A DNA stretch of 64,000 nucleotides from Eledone cirrhosa (taxonomy: Eukaryota): contig OZ024751.1 of NCBI GenBank assembly GCA_964016885.1, forward strand, positions 38,378,001-38,442,000. The letters run 5' to 3'. Below the pieces are notes generated by a model. It ran no database searches and was not told the DNA's origin. It saw nothing but the letters and a program-made list of their open reading frames with translations. The translations under genes were made by a program, and so were the position numbers. Every line of letters begins with the position of its first letter. Position 1 is the stretch's first letter. Shown here piece after piece: positions 58,801 to 64,000 of the stretch.

Positions 58801-59090
58801 AACCGATACCAGGACCTAAAGTGGGAGGTGAAAAGGATTTGGAACTGCCATGAAGTCAAAGTGATCCCGATTGTCATAGGCGCACTGGGGACTATCTCCA
58901 AAGGTTTCCAGGGATGGTTAAAGAAAATCGGCCCCTTCACGCTTTTTGGAACGCTTCAAAAGGCATGCTTGCTTGGAACGGCAAGAACCCTCCGATACGT
59001 CCTGAATATCTGAGGCTGCAGGTAGTGGCTTGATATTCAATCCAACGGACTTTCCAGTTAACCAACATCAATGACTGAGATTCAAGGAAT
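58801..59090 (+). mobile_element. second R4/Dong-type 3' end, shorter and without the SINE
   Basis: RYQDLKWEVKRIWNCHEVKVIPIVIGALGTISKGFQGWLKKIG...TARTLRYVLNI*, near-identical to the 25732 copy. (TAA)n on both sides. Confidence 0.92.
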
Positions 59091-59241
59091 AACAATAACA
59101 ATAATAATAATAATAATAATAATAATAGTAAGAATAAAAATAAAAATAATAAAAGTATTCTCTAATTACCAAACTGCACTACGTAAACTAAATTTATGAC
59201 ATGAAGCAAATGTACAAATATACACCTGTGACTCTCCCTCA

Positions 59242-59274
<33 letters not shown>

Positions 59275-60514
59275 CATGCGATTCTGTATCATAAACATCA
59301 ACTAATAAACAATACAGTACAGTGAAGGAATAAATTTGTTTAACACTTGATAAAGTAGGAAAAGTGTATAAGGAAGGAGCAAAACAAACAAAAAATTCGG
59401 GATTAAAGTACATTTGCTTTCATTCAGCCTCATGATAGATATCTGCACATATTCCGTCTACTAAATTTCCTACTAGAGGTATCTATTAACCCGATGCTAA
59501 AGATGAAGAAAATTGTTCAATATATCACGAAACACGTGGTTGCATGCGGTATAAATACATTAAGACATTTATATATATATATATATATATACGGCATGTG
59601 TATGTGTGATGTGTCTATGCGCGCGTGTGTGTTTGAATGTAGTGCACGCGATAAATCGTTAATCTTGAGTTCTACGTAAATATAGACTCGACATTTAAAT
59701 ATAATCTGTTATTTGATATGATGGTCACATTGTAGTGAATGTCTTATTTTCATTCTACAACTGGCCCCTTAAAACGACAATATTTTTGTCATATCTTCGT
59801 TCTCGAAATAAATGTCAAATTTGACGAAAATATCTGCCTCTCTCTCTCTCGAAGAAACGTTCACGTATACATCAAACATAATAGCTTAGGAAACATTATA
59901 AAGATATGCCATTCTAAACGTAAGTTTCAGTATCTATATGTGACGATTTCCTATCAAGAAATTGAGATGAAACATCGGAAATGAACTTTGACAGTAAATA
60001 AATGTAAACTTGGATGAGCGCCGAAAAAGAGCATATATAGAACAGGATTTTACAAGCTGTATGTTTCACCGAAAACATAAAAACATAACTTATGTCAAAA
60101 TTCCAGAGCTCGGATTTCGTTGAGTAGATCAGGAAATATAAACTATTTGATATGTAAAAAGACATTGAGGTTAGCAGAATGGTCAGCTTTCTTTGACAAT
60201 CAAACTAACTTATCATATTGCTTTGTATAAGTAGATATGTATAATATAATGGGAGTTAATATAATTGTTGTTGTTGTTCTTATTGTCGTTATTGGCCGTC
60301 ATTTTTCTTCGTCTCGATTTTGTTGTTTTTGTATTTCTAAGTATTATATTGAAACTAGTGTTGTTTGTTGGTAATACAGCAGCCATACTTCTGGAATATC
60401 AATGATAACAAAATAACAAAAAAAAAAAATTCACTCGAAACCTGAGTGGCTTTCACATATATTATGAACATTTCTGTGTTAATGTACTTAATACCGGTCG
60501 GAGATCAGAAACGG

Positions 60515-60662
<148 letters not shown>

Positions 60663-60800
60663 TAGTACATGAGCCTGTATATGAAATGTGTGTATATGTG
60701 GAGGCAATATTGAAAGCTAATTTTTTTCTAAATGCTGTAGTTGTAAGCTTATAAAGCACACACAAGTATATCTCATTCTCCCACTCTCTTTCTCTTTCTG

Positions 60801-60874
<74 letters not shown>

Positions 60875-61744
60875 TAGAAATCTATGTCCATATTTCATAC
60901 ATTAGTAATGGAGTGAATAAGTACAGTAAAGTGGAATGTAATGTAGCGGAAAGTTTAAAAGTGATCAAATATTTTCCTGTGTCTATTGGATGTTGAAGGA
61001 GCTTGTGAATTATTTTCAAACTTACTATTAAAATATTCCCATATTAATTGTTTGATCTCACTCTTTCATCGGATACAATTGTTGTTGGTCTGAGTTTGGA
61101 AACAGTGGCTTTCACAAACCACACACAGTTATACACACATACCCGAACACACTAGCTCACTCACACACACAAACACACGTATATATGTGTGAGTACATAT
61201 AAATTCACACACATGCACCCTCAATATGCTTATATATATATATATATATATATATAAGAGAGAGAGCGAGAGGAAATAAATGTGTGTCAGAGAATCTCAA
61301 TGAAAGTGATACATCGATATATATACCGATAAATGGCGCAAAAGCTAGTGTTACCTCTGTAGTAGCATTTCCTTGTTACTTATATATACATGGTATATTT
61401 GTCACAGGAAACATGTTTCAAAATAAAATCTTTCTAAATTATATTGCTTATTCATATATTCAGGGACAGATATAACTCAGCTTGACATGGCTGTGCTTTC
61501 GATTCTGTCTGCCGTATTCGCGGAATGTCAAGCCTATGGGCTCCCGTTTGAAAGGAGCGAGAGATATGGTGACATTCAGTGAAAGAGAGAGAACATCAAC
61601 AAACTTATACTTGTTAAGTCAAAATAGATGTTATTCTTCAAAATGTAAGTAACTTGTTATTTTGCTGTCATCTGATATGATAGTATGTTGTAAGTGTTGA
61701 AGTTTAAAACTAATCTACCATAGCTTATTTCTTCCAGTACTTAT

Positions 61745-61997
61745 TTCTTCCAGACACGTTTTTTATCGATCTCGTTTTGTCGAACCTCTAGAAAAATGTA
61801 ACACAAACATAAATATATTGCCTGACACATAAATACAACTAGTTTCACAGGTCAAACGTGTAGCAAATATAAACCAGAAGGTCAACATGAGGCGAGAGTT
61901 GAAGAGAGACACTTGCTCAAGATGCCAGGTAGTGGGAATGAACCTAAAACCTCATGGTTGCAAAATATAATCTTTAACCACACGCATATGCTCGCGT
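61745..61997 (-). mobile_element. degenerate SINE (second family)
   Basis: cttgctcaagatgccaggtagtgggaatgaacc...ggttgcaaaa...ttaaccacac, an antisense tRNA-like head. Confidence 0.55.
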
Positions 61998-62042
61998 TTA
62001 TAGATATCTTACATTATGCATTCATCCACACACCTACATAAA

Positions 62043-62148
<106 letters not shown>

Positions 62149-62275
62149 TATTATTTTTTTAAATTTTATTTGTACCCCTTCCACCGTTTTTCCTCCCTTT
62201 CCTCTCCCCCCTTTTTTCTAAATGTCTCTCCTCGACTCCCCTACACACCCTCGGAACTCTCTTCCCACACACATT

Positions 62276-62309
62276 TCGCCTGAAGAAGGGCTTATGCCCG
62301 AAACGTCGT
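62276..62309 (+). ncRNA. minimal hammerhead in a solo PLE-end-like fragment (~62143-62390)
   Basis: cgc-CUGAAGA-a-gggc(uuau)gccc-GAAA-cg-UC-gu. Palindromic acgu stem III, weak stem I. Followed by aataaa and bounded by (TA)n. Confidence 0.7.
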
Positions 62310-62404
62310 TCCCCCCACTCTCAAGAGCGTAAAACTAATAAACCTTGTTCGTACTGCCTCTCTGTTTTGTTCCCGTTCCATTTTTCACTATATATATATA
62401 TTTA

Positions 62405-62523
<119 letters not shown>

Positions 62524-63108
62524 CATATATATAATCGAAGAAATTGATGAAAGAGAAGCAAACCGTTAAAATATATTTATAAGAAGCTCTTACACAAAAA
62601 TACTCCACGTACATGAACACATAGATGCATAAAAAAAGCACAAACACAAAAATATATATATACATGTATGCAAATATAAACAAATATACATTCATGAAAA
62701 TACACTCATACACGACCAATCAGGACACCCACGCACTCACATGCACGGTTATTTCGTTCATATAAACGAACGTGTAGTCGTAATACGAAAGAAATAATTG
62801 AAAACAGGAACTATTACTACGATGCAAAATATTCTTGACAAAAATGAAAGCATGGATCAGAGAAAAGAACTGTCTAAATATACAAGAAGTAGATTGATGA
62901 AACCTTCAGAAAATATATCTGCTTTACTTTGAATTACTTTGAAATGCTCTATCAATAGCCATGGTTACAGCATATATATATATATATATAATATAAAAAT
63001 ATATGAATATATACGTATAGTGAATATAAAAAATATATATTCATATATGCATATATATATATATATATTTTTATATATATATTTATATATATATATATAT
63101 ACATAAAT

Positions 63109-63157
<49 letters not shown>

Positions 63158-63551
63158 GGCCCTCATACACTCACACATTATATATATACGCGAACGCAAA
63201 TGTCCTTGATCGTCAAAATTTAGTAGATCAATGATGAAAACTCTTTTATAGTATTATGTTGTCAGCTTCTGTTTGAAGAGAAAGGGAGATAAACCTAGTA
63301 GTGAATGGCAGTTAAAAAACAAAACAAAACAAAACGCTGATATAGAAAAAGCAACAAGAAAAAACAGCAGACAGAAGATAAAAGAGTGTTTTTATGTCTT
63401 CTCAGTTTTTATGCTTATGAGGTCAGCGTCTAAGAGCTTGTGTTTTTATGGTCGGTTGACTTAGTTAGGCCGGGTGACCCTGAAACAAAGAGGTCTGCGA
63501 AGAACAAATATGTTTATTTTATACACCCCCAGCAGAAAGAAAATAGATTTC

Positions 63552-63565
63552 GTAACCATGGCAAC
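63552..63565. promoter_or_regulatory. RFX X-box-like motif
   Basis: GTAACCATGGCAAC fits the 14-bp X-box consensus GTHNYY-AT-RRNAAC. Confidence 0.35.
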
Positions 63566-63679
63566 GAATAGCGCGCGTATATTATATATATATATATCAT
63601 ATAAATATAGAATATACATATATTATATATATATATTATATGTATATTATATATGTATATTATATATATACGTGTATAT

Positions 63680-63764
<85 letters not shown>

Positions 63765-63777
63765 ATCTGTCTATCTA

Positions 63778-63810
<33 letters not shown>

Positions 63811-64000
63811 CATTCATTCATTGATCGGACACACTAATTTCAGCAATAGTGAAATGCTTCTTTGAAAGACTGTGACGAAGAATAAAATACACCAGAGTAG
63901 GAAATGAAACAAAAGAAGAAAACAAAATACAAATACAACGCAAAACACAATAGTAAAAAAGGCAAAATAATAATATATAAAATTAGAGAACATTAATTTT

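Overview
AT-rich eukaryotic genomic DNA saturated with microsatellites, with one 200-N scaffold gap (43859-44058) and no recognisable host protein-coding gene. It is intergenic or lies inside a very large intron. The tRNA-derived SINE family and the repeat landscape resemble octopus (coleoid cephalopod) genomes; this is an inference, not a search result. Most ORFs in the track are (TA)n/(CA)n/(GA)n artefacts. The real coding remnants are all retrotransposon pieces: two related Penelope-like elements (PLEs; RT thumb plus GIY-YIG, one with 425-bp inverted pseudo-LTRs), two R4/Dong-type RLE non-LTR 3' ends inserted in (TAA)n, and several RTE-type LINE fragments, one with a twin-priming-style 5' inversion. 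The most striking pattern is a dense set of type I hammerhead ribozyme motifs: about 9 with intact cores plus several relics, from several unrelated sequence families. Two ORF-less fold-back palindromes carry a hammerhead in each arm, and two hammerhead homologues show compensatory base-pair changes.
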